Shown: positions 51,673 through 64,000, counted from the stretch's first letter. The stretch: DNA of 64,000 nucleotides from Squalus acanthias (GCA_030390025.1 CM059452.1:8804001-8868000); one strand, 5' to 3'. The notes: generated from the sequence alone by a model not told the origin. Translations and numbers: made by a program.

Positions 51673-52384
51673 TGAGGGACCTGGGAGTTAATGTGCAAAG
51701 GTCCCTGAAGGTGGCGGGACATATTGAGAGAGTGGTTAGCAAAGCATATGGGATCTTGGGTTTCATAAATAGAGGTATTGAGTACAAAAGTAGTGAAGTT
51801 ATGCTGAATATTTATAAAGCGCTGCTTCGGCCACAACTGGTGTATTGCGTCCAGTTCTGGTCACCACACTTCAGGAAGGATGTGAAGGCCCTTGAAAGGG
51901 TGCAGAGGAGATTTACCAGAATGGTTCCTGGGATGGGGGATATTAGCTACAAGGACGGGTTGAAGAAGCTGGATTTGGTTTCATTAGAGCAAAGGAGGTG
52001 GAGGGGTGATTTGATTGAGGTGTACAAGATTATGACGGGTTTGGATAGGCTCGACGGGGAAAGGCTGTTCCCACTAGTTGATGGTACAAGGATTAGGGAC
52101 ACAGATTTAACCTTTTGGGCAAGAGATTCAGGGGGATGTGGCGGAAAACTTTTTTACGCAGCGAGTGATGAGGACCTGGAACTCGCTGCCGATGGACGTG
52201 GTGGAAGCGGACACATTCAATGTTTTCAAGGGGAGACTGGGTAGGCACTTGAGGGAAATACACTTGCAGGGTTACGGGGATAGAGCGGGAGAATGGGACT
52301 GACTGGATTGCTCTGCAGGGCCCCGGCACGGACTCGATGGGCCGAATGGCCTCCGTCTGTGCCGTTATGACTCTATGACTCTAA
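51673..52384 (+). mobile_element. CR1 LINE 3' fragment
   Basis: Same subfamily as 11555-12590; ATGACTCTATGACTCTA tail. Confidence 0.9.
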
Positions 52385-54898
52385 GATTTTTTTATTTGTT
52401 TATGAGATGTGGGCGTCGCTGGCAAGTCCAGCATTTATTGCCCATCCCTAATTGCCCTTGAGAAGGTGCTGGTGAGCCGCCTTCTTGAACCGCTGCAGTC
52501 CTTGTGGTGAAGGTAATCCCACAGTGCTGTTAGGTAGGGAGTTCCAGGATTTTGACCCAGCGACGATGAAGGATCGGCGATATACTTCTAAGTCAGGATG
52601 GTGTGTGACTTGGAGGGGATCTTGGAGGTGGTGGTGTTCGCATGCGCCTGCTGTCCTTCTCCTTCTAGGTGTAAGAAGTCGCGGGTTTGGGAGGTGCTGC
52701 CGAAGAAGCCTTGGCGAGTTGTTACAGTGCATCTTGTAGCTGGTGCACACTGCAGCCATGGTACGCCGGTGGTGGAGGGAGTGAATGTTTAAGGTGGTAG
52801 ATGGGCTGCCAATCAAGCGGACTGCTTTGTCCTGGATGGTATTGAGCTTCTTGTGTCTTGTTGGAGCTGCACTCATTCAGGCAAGCTGAGAGTATTCCAT
52901 CACACTCCTTACTTGTGCCTTGTAGTTGGTAGAAAGGCTTTGGGGAGTCAGGAGGTGAGACACTCGCCGCAGAATACCCAGCCTCTGACCTGCTCTTGTT
53001 ACCACAGTATTTATGTGGCTGGTCCAGTTAAGTTTCTGGTCAATGGTGACACCCAGGATGTTGATAGTGGGGGATTCGGAGATGGTAATGCCGTTGAATG
53101 TCAAGGGGCGATGGTTAGACTCTCGCTTGTTAGAGATAGTCATTGCCTGGCACTTCTGCTGCGCGAATGTTACCTGCCACTTATCAGCTCAAGCCTGAAC
53201 GTGGTCCAGGTCTTCTTGCATGCGGGCATGGACTGCTTCATTATCTGAGGAGTTGTGAATGGCACTCAACACAGTGCAGTCATCAGCGAACATCCCCATT
53301 TCTGCCCTTATGTTGGAGGGAAGGTCATTGATGAAGCAGCTGAAGATGGTTGGGCCTGGGACACTGCCCTGAGGAACTCCTGCAGCGATGTCCTGGGACT
53401 CTGATGATTGACCTTCAATCGCCACAACCATCTTCCTTTGTGTTAGTTATGACTCCAACCAGTGGAGCATTTTCCCCCTGATTCCCAATATCTTCAGTTT
53501 TACTCGGGCTCCTTGATGCCACACTCGGTCAGATGCTGCCTTGATGTCAAGGGCAGTCACTCTCACCTCACCTCTGGAATTCAGCTCCTTTGTTCATGTT
53601 TGGACCAAGGCTGTAATGAGATCGGGAGCCGAGTGGTCCTGGCGGAACCCAAACTGGGCATCAGTGAGCAGGTTATTGGTGAGTAAGTGCCGGTTGATAG
53701 CACTGTCGATGACACCTTCCATCACTTTGCTGATGATTGAGAGTCGACTGATGGGGCGGTAATTGGCCGGATTGGATTTGTCCTGCTTTTTGTGGATAGG
53801 ACATACCTGGGCAGTTTTCCACATTGTCGGATAGATGCCAGTGTGGTAGCTGTACTGGAACAGCTTGGCTAGAGGCGTGGCTAGTTCTGGAGCACAAGTC
53901 TTCTGCACGATCACCGGTATGTTGTCAGGGCCCATAGTCTTTGCTGTATCCAGTGCGCTCAGCCGTTTCTTGATATCACGTGGAGTGAATCGAATTGGCT
54001 GAAGACTGGCTTCTGTGATGGTGGGGACCTCAGGAGGAGGCCGATATGGATCATCCACTTGGCACTTCTGGCTGAAGATGTTTGCAAACGCTTCAGCCTT
54101 GTCTTTTGCACTCACGTGATGGGCTCCACCATGATTGAGGATGGGGATATTCATGGAGCCTCCTCCCCCCGTTAGTTGTTTAATGGTCCACCACCATTCA
54201 CGACTGGATGTGGCAGGACTGCCGAGCTTTGATCTGATCCGTTGATTGTGGGATCGCTTAGCCCTGTCCATAGCATGCTGCTTCCGCTTTTTAGCATGCA
54301 TGTAGTCCTGTGTTGCTGCTTCCCCAGCTTGGCACCTCATTTTTAGGTACGCCTTGTGCTGCTCCTGGCATGCTTTTCTACACTCCTTATTGAACCAGGG
54401 TTGGTCCCCTGGCTTGATGGTAATGGCAGAGTGAGGGATATGCCGGGCCATGAGGTTACCGATTGTGCTGGAATACAATTCTGCTGCTTCTGATGGCCCA
54501 CAGTGCCTCATGGATGCCCAGTTTTGAGCTGCTAGATCTGTTCTGAATCTATCCCATTTAGCATGGTGGTAGTACCACACAACACGATGGAGGGTGTCCT
54601 CAGTGTGAAGACGGGACTTCGTCTCCACAATGATATGCGGTGGTCATGCTACCAATACTGTCATGGACGGATGCATCTGCGATAGGTAGATTGGTGAGGG
54701 CGAGGTCAAGTAGGTTTTTCCCTCGTGTTGGTTCTCTCACCACCTGTCGCAGCCCCAGACTGGCAGCTATGTCCTTCAGCACTCGGCCAGCTCGGTCAGT
54801 CATAGTGCTACCGAGCCACTCTTGGTGATGGACATTGAAGTCCCCCACCCAGAGTACATTCTGTGCCCTTGCTACTCTCAGTGCTTCTTCCAAGTGTT
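52385..54898 (-). mobile_element. CR1/L2-group LINE ORF2 fragment (endonuclease end plus RT), distinct shark family
   Basis: Motifs VGDFNVHH, MGPDNIP, NYRPIS, GVPQGSV and FADDCT; A-rich 3' end at ~52390. Confidence 0.88.
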
Positions 54899-55197
54899 GT
54901 TAAAGTTAACGACCGTTTCTCTGTCATTCTGGAAACGTAAAGAAATATCGCTGTTTTCACCCTGGCTGAGCTGCAGCTCGCTGACAGCGCCGTGTATTAC
55001 TGTGCACTGAGGCCCACATTGAGAAGGACCTCGGGACACATCGGACAATAACCGTGTTCTGTGAGATCAGCTCAAAAAAGCTTCTTTAAACTCGGCCTCC
55101 AGGTGGCGCTGACAGAGCGCCGATTCCCACCGCCGAGCACCTTACATCAATAATACTGACTGACACGTCCTCAATATAAATTAACATGAAATTCCTT

Positions 55198-58100
55198 TTA
55201 AGAACATAAGAACATAAGAAATAGGAGCAGGAGTAGACCAATCAGCCCCTCGAGCCTGCTCCGCCATTCAATGAGATCATGGCTGATCTGATCCAATCTC
55301 AACTCTAAAGAACACAAGAAGTAGGAGCAGGACCAGGCCACTCGGCCCCTGGGCCCGCTCCGCCACCCACAGGGCCTTGACCGATCCGAACTCAAACTCA
55401 CGTCCAATTTCCAGCCCGCTCCCCGTAACCCCTAATTCCCTTTACTTCTAGGAAACGGTCTATTTCTGTTTAAAATTTATTTAATGAAGTAGCTTCCACA
55501 GCTTCCTGGGGTAGCAAATTCCACAGACCCACTACCCTCTGAGTGAAAAAGTTTCTCCTCATCTCAGTTTCGAAAGAGCAGCCCCTTATTCTAAGATTAT
55601 GTCCCCTAGTTCTAGTTTCACCCATCATTGGGAACATCCTCACCGCGTCCACCCGATCAAGCCCCTTCACAATCTTATATGTTTCAATAAGATCGCCTCT
55701 CATTCTTCTGAACTCCAATGAGTAGAGTCCCAATCTACTCAACCTCTCCTCGTATGTCCACCCCCTCATCCCCGGAATTAACCGAGTGAACCTTCTTTGT
55801 ACTGCCTCGAGAGCAAGTATGTCTTTTCTTAAGTATGGACACCAAAACTGTATGCAGTACTCCAGGTGCGGTCTCACCAATACCCTATACAACTGCAGCA
55901 ATACCTCCCTGTTTTTATATTCTATCCCCCTAGCAATAAAAGCCAACATTCCATTGGCTTTCTTGATCACCTGCTGCACCTGCATACTAACTTTTTGATT
56001 TTCTTGCACCAAGACCCCCAGATCCCTTTGTACTGCAGTACTTTCCAGTTTCTCGCCATTAAGATAATAACTTGCTCTCTGATTTTTCCTGCCAAAGTGC
56101 ATAACCTCACATTTTCCAATATTGTATTGCATCTGCCAAATCTCTGCCCACTCACCCAGCCTGTCTATATCCCCTTGTAGGTTTTTTATGTCCTCCTCAC
56201 TCTCTACTTTCCCTTCCATCTTTGTATCATCTGCAAACTTTGATATGTTACACTCAGTCCCCTCCTCCAAATCGTTAATATAGATTGTAAAGAGTTGGGG
56301 ACCCAGCACCGACCCCTGCGGAACACCACTGGCTACTGGTTGCCAGTCCGAGAATGAACCATTTATCCCAACTCTCTGCTTCCTGTTAGATAACCAATCC
56401 TCCACCCATGCCAGAATATTACCCCCAATCCAGTGATTTTTTATCTTGAGTAATAATCTTTTATGTGGCACCTTGTCGAATGCCTTCTGGAAGTCTAAAT
56501 ACACTACATCCACTGGTTCCCCTTTATCCACCCTGTACGTTATGTCCTCAAAGAACTCGAGCAAATTTGTCAGACATGACTTCCCCTTCATAAAGCCATG
56601 CTGACTTTGTCCTATTAAATTATGTTTATCTAAATGTTCCGTTACTGTCTCCTTAATAATAGACTCCAAAATTTTACCCACCACAGATGTTAGGCTAACT
56701 GGTCTATAATTTCCAGCCTTCTGCCTACAACCCTTTTTAACTAAGGGTGTTACATTAGCAGTTTTCGAATCTGCCGGGACCTTTGCTGAGTTCAGGGAGT
56801 TTTGGAAAATTATTACCAAAGCATCCACAATTCCTACTGCCACTTCCCTCAAGACCCTAGGATGTAAGCCATCAGGTCCAGGGGATTTATCCGCCTTGAG
56901 TCCCATTATTTTACTGAGTACCAATTCCTTAGTGATTTTAATCGTATTTAGCTCCTCCCCACTAGAGCCCCCTGTTTGTCCAGTGTTGGGATATTCTTAG
57001 TGTCCTCTACCGTAAAGACTGAAACAAAATATTTGTTCAGCATTTTTGCCATCTCCATGTTTCCCACCATTAATTTCCCGGTCTCATCCTCTAGGGACCT
57101 ACGTTTGCCTTAACCACCCTTTTTCTTTTTATATAACTATAGAAACTCTTGCTATCTGTTTTTATATATTTTGCTAATTTATTTTCATAGTCTATTTTCC
57201 CTTTCTTAATTAATCCTTTAGTTACTTTTTGTTGTCTTTTGAAGACTTCCCAATCTTCTATCCTCCCACTAACTTTGGCTACCTTATATGTCCTTGTTTT
57301 TAGTTGGATACTTTCTTTAATTTCTTTACTTAGCCATGGATGGCTGTCATTTCTTTTACACCCTTTTTTCCTCAGTGGAATATATTTATTTTGAAAGTTG
57401 TAAAATAACTCCTTGAATGAACACCACTGCTCATGTACCGTCTTACACTTTAATCTATTTTCCCAGTCCACTTTAATCAATTCTGCTCTCATACCATCAT
57501 AGTCTCCTTTATTCAAGCTCAGTATGCTTGTTTGAGAACCAACCTTCTCACCCTCTAATTGGATATGGAATTCAACCATGTTATGGTCACTCATTCCAAG
57601 GGGATCCTTAACTAGGACATTATTAATTAATCCTGACTCATTACACAGGACCAGGTCCAAGGTTGCTTGCCCCCTTGTAGGATCAGTTACATACTGCTCA
57701 AGAAATCCATCCCTAAGACACTCAATAAACTCTTCCTCAAGGCTGCCCTGCCCAATTTGATTTGTCCAGTTAATATGATAGTTAAAATCCCCCATAATTA
57801 CAGCTGTTCCCTTATTACATGCCCCAACTATTTCCTGATTAATACTTCTTCCAACAGAGTTGCAACTATTAGGAGGCCTATATACTACGCCCACCAGTGT
57901 TTTTTTCCCCTTATTATTCCTTATCTCTACCCAAACTGTTTCATTAGCCTGATCTTTTGACCCAATATCATTTCTCTGTATTACAGTGATTCCTTCCTTT
58001 ATTAACATAGCCACCCCCCCCCTCCCCTTCCTTCCTGCCTGTCCTTCCTGATTGTTAAATACCCTGGCATATTTAATTCCCAGACGTTGTCACCCTGCAG

Positions 58101-58200
58101 CCATGTTTCTGTAATGGCCACAAGATCATACCCATACATAGTTATTTGTGCCGTTAACTCATCCATTTTGTTACGAATGCTACGTGCATTCAGATAAAGA
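55198..58200 (-). mobile_element. CR1 LINE, essentially the whole ORF2 with few lesions
   Basis: YLNARSIRNK...AITETWL, GDFNYH, RT 484-aa ORF, (TTCTTATG)n tail. Absent at the paralogous site ~32400. Confidence 0.95.
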
Positions 58201-58755
58201 ACTTTCAATGTTTTTGATCTCATATTTATCTTTATTAATGTTATACATTCCATTACAGTTTTATGATTTCAGAAGTGGCAGTTGACACAAGATGTGCGCC
58301 TCCAGAACCTCGGGATCGGTTGCAATTTTGCTCTATTTCCTACCGCTAGTTTCAGCCCCTGGTTTTAACCCACTTCACTGATTAAGATTTCGTTAATTTT
58401 TGAATCATATAATAATTCTGCAATTCCTGTAGCGAGTCTGCTTGCCCCGAATTTGTAATGAATGTGAAAGTAACGCCGCCCTTATAGAGAGACAGAGGTA
58501 TATAATTTCCAAAGGGGACATTATTATTGAATTCAGTTCCTCACAGGTGGATCCTACGGGTGATCACACCGCCCACAGCTTCCGTTTGCTGCTCTCGCTC
58601 TGACCCACCTTGCCTGCCCTGTGTTATTGGAGAGGTTGCTGCCGCTGTTCCCTGTTTGGCATTTGTTGGATCAGCAGTGCAGTGGGGCGGGGATCTGTAT
58701 TTCTGCTCCGACAGAGGATTTCCCGGACTGCAGAGTTACAGACTCAGGGAACATC

Positions 58756-59238
58756 ATGCGGAACCATCTCGCACCGCTCCTCATCATTATATCTCTACTC
58801 GGTAAGGAATTCCTTCCTAGTAAACATCCATTCTCCCCTGACTGCTGTATCCCAGATGTTATTATTGGTCAAATGATGATGATTATGTTGGTTGAGGGGA
58901 TGATGATTCTGACTATTATTATTATTTTATATTAGAATGGAGCCACCAAGACACAGTGGAACAGCCGGTCCCTGAAATGATGGTTGAAGAGGAAAGTAAT
59001 GTCACCCTAACCAGCACCTTAAAAACAAGCGACAGAAGCCCTTATGTGTTCTGGTACAGTCAGCACCTTGGGCAGCCTCCACAGTACACGATTCGTCTTA
59101 TCGGAGGGATAGAAACCGGAACCCCGACTTCACGGATCGATTTAATTCTACGTTTAATGAAACTGCTAAGGTTACCGAGCTAACGATCGGCAAAGCCCTG
59201 ATCTCCGACACCGCCGTGTATTTCTGTGCGATGAGCCC
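58756..59238 (+). pseudogene. TRAV/DV: TCR V pseudogene (first Cys>Ser, 1-nt deletion at ~59119)
   Basis: Leader MRNHLAPLLIIISLL-G (58756-58801). Exon from 58936; DTAVYFCAM is in a shifted frame. RSS is CACACTG (59239) - 24 - ACAAAAACC. Confidence 0.9.
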
Positions 59239-59321
59239 CACACTGCTGCAGAGAAAAAGCGGATCCTGTACAAAAACCCACACTGAGAGTTCCAGTTAGT
59301 GCTCACCAGAGGGCGCTCTCC

Positions 59322-60316
59322 CTTCTTCTTCTTAGGCAGTCCCTCGGAACCGAGGATGACTTGCTTCCACATTAAAAATGAGTTCTCAGGTGGCTGATGA
59401 GTCCAATGCGGGACCTACAGTTTCTGTCACAGGTGGGGCAGACGGTGGTTGAAGGGGCGGGTGGGTGGGGTGCTTGGGTTGACGTGCGCTCCTTGCGCTG
59501 CCTGCACTTGGCTTCCGCTTGCTCCCGGCGAAGAGACTCGAGGTGTTCGGCGCCTTCCCGGATGCTTCTCCTCCACTTTGTGCGGTCTTGGGCCAGGGAT
59601 TCCCAGGTGTCGGTGGGGATGTTACACTTTTTCAAGGAGGCTTTGAGGGTGTCCTTGAAGCGTTTCCTCTGCCCACCTGGGGCTCTCTTGCCGTGTCGGA
59701 GCTCCGAGTAGAGCGCTTGTTTTGGGAGTCTCGTATCGGGCATGCGGACAATGTGACCCGTCCATCGGAGCTGATCGAGCGTGGTCAAAGCTTCGATGCT
59801 GGGGATGTTGGCCTGAGCGAGAACGCTGACGTTGATGCGCCTATCCTGCCAATGGATTTGCAGGATCTTGCGGAGGCAGCGTTGGTGGTACCTCTCCAGT
59901 GCTTTGAGGTGCCTGCTGTACATGGTCCATGTCTCTGAAGCATACAGGAGGGCGGGTATCACTACTGCTCTGCAGACCATGAGCTTGGTGCCGGGTTTGA
60001 GGTCCTGGTCTTCAAACATTCTCTTCCTCAGGTGACCGAAGCCTGCACTGGCACACTGAAGGCGGTGTTGGACTTCGTCATCGACGTCTGCCCTTGTTGA
60101 CAGTAGGCTCCCGAGGTATGGAAAGTGGTCCACGTTGTCCAAGGCCTTGTCGTGGATTTTGATAATCGGGGGGCAGTATTGTGTGGCGGGGGCAGGTTGG
60201 TAGAGGACCTTTGTCTTATGGATGTTTAGTGTAAGGCCCATGCTCTCGTACGCTTTGGTGAAGGTGTTGACGATGGTTTGGAGTTCGACCTCCGAGTGAG
60301 CGCAGACGCAAGCGCA
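59322..60316 (-). mobile_element. RTE-clade LINE 3' fragment
   Basis: ORF with LLYASETWT, LRWTGHIVRMPDTRLPK, GGQRKRFKD and C-terminal CPTC...SHLRTH; (AAG)n tail. Absent at the paralogous site ~31307. Confidence 0.92.
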
Positions 60317-61454
60317 TCTCACACCGATAAACAGAAGCGATAACTCAGCCTCCACAGTGAGAGTCACAGAGAGATTCTTAAAAGGGCAAAAACACAATAC
60401 TCATCATCAACAGGTGAACGCCACTGGCGGAATTATATTAGTTGGTGATTTCGACTCCCATTTATAATTTAAAAAATAACTTCACAAATCCATCTGTGGC
60501 GCCTTACCTCCCCTTTTGTCTTTCGATGCCCTTTCCGTGCCTGCCTGTCCCTTCTCATATCTTGTCTCTACTCTTCACCCATAATCCTGCGAACTTCCTT
60601 CTTCCAGTCTTCAGTTTAACGATGAAAAACCTTTGCTGCTTCTCTGTTCATTTATTCAGAACCGCTCAAACCCAGATTCCCATAACCAGGAACTGCAGAC
60701 AGGGCAGTGAATAAAAACAGGATTTCTCACACTGTCCACCGACATCTGAACAGTTCTCAGAATATCCAACAGAGGGCGTCAGGTCTCAATATTCCTTTTG
60801 TGCATCATACCCCGGGGCTTTGAGTTAAATGCTGATTCTCCAATAGTTGTGCCAATGTTGGAATGAATTGAAGATTAATATTTGAAATCCACTTGCCACA
60901 ATGGGCTGGGTCGGTGCATCGGGCAATAATCATCACAAAAAGACATCCATGATATCAAAGGATTGAGTTCTGATACTAACCAGTGGGCAGGACCAGTGAG
61001 TGGAAGGGTGTGGAAGATGGGGAAAGGAATATTAAAATGTGAATGAAAGACACAGCCTGAGATCTGATTTCTGAAGCCATTAACTGTACCGATGGTGGAG
61101 ATCGATGTTAATGGGGCGAAAAACAAACCGGAACCGCCTGTATTTTGTTTGTTTTTCTGCGCCACGTCCTTTTCTGATATGAGTGAAAGTTGTAAGGACA
61201 GTTTTTCACGCCCTGCTGGTGTTGCGCTCTGGTTAACGAGGACCCGCCCTACACCTCACCCTGGGGGTTTGAACCCGCTCCCGCGCTCTGCTCCCGGAAC
61301 TTAAAGCAGATGAGCGGTAATTAGCTGGAAAGCGCCGATGCGCCACTCTCTCGATTCTCTCTCATTGAAAATCCAAAATCTGAAGATTATGGATCCCTAA
61401 ATTAATCATTACAGGCCCTAAGCAGGTCACACTCACCAGATATAAAGAAAGTAA

Positions 61455-61860
61455 GCCTTGCACTTATATTGCGCCTTTCACGACCTCGGGACGTCCCACA
61501 GCGCTTTACAGCCAATGAAGTACTTTTGAAGTGTAGTCACTTATGTAATGTCGGATACGCGGCAACCAATTGCGCACAGTAAGCTCCCACAAACAGCAAG
61601 GTGATAATGACCAGATAAGCTGTTTTAGTGATGTTGATTGAGGGATAAATATTGGCCTAGACACCGGGGATAACTCCCCTGCTCTTCTTCGAAATAGTGC
61701 CATGGATCTTTTACGTCCACCTGAGAGAGCAGACGGGCCTCGGTTTAACGTCTCATCCAACAGCCAGCACCTCCGACAGTGCAGCGCTCCCTCAGTACTG
61801 CACTGGAGTGTCAGCCTAGACTTGATCCCACAACCTTCTGACTCACTGGCACGAGTGCCA
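61455..61860 (-). mobile_element. SINE (Deu-domain/L2-tail type)
   Basis: Reverse complement of the family at 14340-14548. Confidence 0.75.
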
Positions 61861-63500
61861 CACAAGACACAAGATAACAAGATAAGACATTTTCACACTC
61901 ATTACCATTCTAAAAGCAGGATTTTTATCAATTGGTATTTGCATCAACTGATGCTTACAGCGTAACTGCGGCATTGTAGTGTTTCAGCACAGCTCCCACA
62001 ATATCATCGTTTTGATGTTAATTATGGTTCTCTACAAGGAGTTAATGGAATATACTGTGAGACGAAACACAAAGATCAATAACTTCAATATTAGCAGCAA
62101 ATCCAATTCTCAAAGTAACCATTGGTCTGAGTGGGCCATCTTCGGTGCCCCATATGTCATTGCAAGTCCCATGACACAGTTCAGTGTTCTGAGCAAAAGG
62201 TGGCTAAAAGGTGTTATCGTTTCGGGTCAGCTCCCTGCTGAACTGTGAATCGGTTGGCCGGCAAAGGTATTTGAAATGTGAGATAGGCAGTTGTATTACG
62301 CAGTGCAGAACCAATGACCTATTTGTTAATAAACCTGGTGGATATTCGAAAACCTGCGGCAGCCCATCCGGGGAGCAGAGGTCACGGTTCCAGGCTCTGT
62401 CCAACACGGCCATCTTTGTGTGACGTACAGTCGGCCATGATTATGTGACGTACTGTCGGCCATGATTATGTGACATACTGGGCCGCCTGTGGCCCTTTAC
62501 GCGCCATTTGTCCTTTGATGCCCTTTCGGTGCCTGCGTGCAATATTGTGTAGCCCTTTACACATCTCCCCTGAAAGTTTTCCGGACCCTTTGATCGCGGC
62601 CTGTACACTAGGTTTAGTTGATCAGGGTATGTTGCTGGGTCAGAGACTGTTCTTTCACAATGAACAGATGTCACAAGGTAGTGATTGTGTTCTTTAAAAC
62701 AAGCCACAAGCACAGAGTTCCCCCAATGTCGATTCGCCTTCCGACTGCCGCTTCATTCTCTGTCACTGCACCTGGAAACGCGGAATATTAGACACCTTGA
62801 AAGCAATCATTACTTAATTGAAACATAACTTTACAAACATAACCACAGAAGGCGATGGTGCATGAAGCATTTATTTAAATTACAGACAGAGTTTATTATT
62901 TATGTATATTGTGTGTATCTGCCTGTACATTGAAAATGGCCCTGGACTGTCTCATATTATAATCTGACACTCAGTTGCTGGACTGAGGGAGTGCTGCAGG
63001 GTCTGAGGCGCCGTCCTTCGATCAGACGTTTAACCGAGGTCCCGCCAGCCCGTTCAGCAGGATGTTAACGAATCCCCGGCACTACTGGAATAAGAACGGG
63101 AGATTCTCCCGGTGTCCTGGGCCCCCATTCCACCCTCAACAAACACCACCCAATAAAACCACATGAACCGACCTCCCAGCTCATTACTGCGGGACAAAGG
63201 ACAGCGGCAGCCTCTGCTGACAGAACAACACCGCCCCTCCCCCCGTACATCAGACTAATGTGGGAGGGGCTTTCACATCGGGCTCAGAGACCCAATGAAG
63301 GGCCAGAAAACTGCAGGTCCTTATTTAAACCTGTCGCTTATTCACACAACACACAGCCAGAGATCCGGGAACAGTGCTGCCCTGTGCTAATTAACTCGAT
63401 CCAATAAAGTCCAGCTCTGAGGTACAGTCTCCCAGGACAGCCCCGGGCTGCAGTCTCCAGCTCCCCGTCATATAAACCATCAGCTCCAGGCAGCAGAACG

Positions 63501-63979
63501 ATGGGAATCCTCCTTGTTTTCACCCTGTGTGTCTGTTTACCCCGTGAGTACCGATCAAACAAACCGATATTGTGTGGATTTAATATAAAGCTGCCCGGGT
63601 CCATCCGAATTGCGGACACTGTCTGGGTTTTAGCCCCGTTGTGTGGTTCGGCTCTGATGTCCCATTAAACTCTCTCTGTTTAATTTCCAGGCTCTTTCAG
63701 TCAGTCAGTGACACAGACCCCGCCAGCGGTGACCAGGGAGGAGTGTCAGTCTCTCACCATCACCTGTGTTTTCGATGGTGGTTCTTGGGATTATTTTGAA
63801 AATGGAAATTTCTTCAGACAAACCCAGACCGGGACAGAGTGGGAGCGGATCTCGAGCGGAGGGCGATTTGTTGTGAGGACGAATAAGGCAGAAAATACAT
63901 TTTCTTTGGAAATTCGGGATGTGCGAGTTGAAGACAGCGCCACCTATTACTGTAAAGCTGAGTACCAGTACTGGAACCT
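63501..63979 (+). CDS. NAR-TCR (IgNAR-like) V segment 2 (leader 63501-63543, V exon 63691-63979), intact; RSS cut by the window edge
   Basis: VTQTPPAVTREECQSLTITCVFDGGSWDYFENGNFFRQTQTGTEWERISSGGRFVVRTNKAENTFSLEIRDVRVEDSATYYCKAEYQYWN, then CACAGTG at 63980. Confidence 0.92.
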
Positions 63980-64000
63980 CACAGTGATGGGCCTCGGCTT

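Larger units (their letters stand above)
51492..55014 (+). pseudogene. TRAV/DV: Leaderless TCR V pseudogene split by LINEs (51492-~51672 and ~54900-55014)
   Basis: 5' part VNCNYST...YLELYPQ; 3' part LAELQLADSAVYYCALR. RSS is CACATTG (55015) - 23 - ACAATAACC. Confidence 0.88.

Noticed and set aside
60353-60394. Orphan RSS-like CACAGTG...GCAAAAACA (paralog at ~31235-31274)
   Set aside because: Spacer is 26 bp in both copies and there is no adjacent coding segment.
1-64000. IgH-type VH or TAILV segments, constant exons, TCR J-alpha/J-delta
   Set aside because: No WVRQ/GKGLEW-type VH motifs, C1-set exons or FGxG J segments were seen in this window.

Overview
Vertebrate genomic DNA, almost certainly a cartilaginous fish (shark-type CR1/L2/RTE LINEs and tRNA-derived SINEs). 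The window lies in the variable-segment region of the T-cell receptor alpha/delta locus. It holds about 14 conventional V-alpha/V-delta segments (leader exon, intron, V exon, 23-type RSS) in both orientations; only about three have an open frame. The minus strand carries one complete NAR-TCR-type cassette: a leader plus IgNAR-like V (29085-28606), a NAR-type J (28221-28174), and a leaderless supporting V-delta with CDR1 cysteines (25169-24864). A second, paralogous NAR-like V lies on the plus strand at the right edge (63501-63979). Three things stand out. (1) The cassette has no separate D: the V ends in a long, D-like tail and an apparent 12-RSS that faces a 23-RSS J. (2) The RSS of the supporting V has been amplified into a ~20-copy 60-bp tandem array of RSS-like units. 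(3) About 28.6-44 kb and 48.5-64 kb are the two arms of an old inverted duplication in which every conventional V is dead while both NAR-like Vs stay intact. All calls come from reading the sequence by eye; no searches were run.
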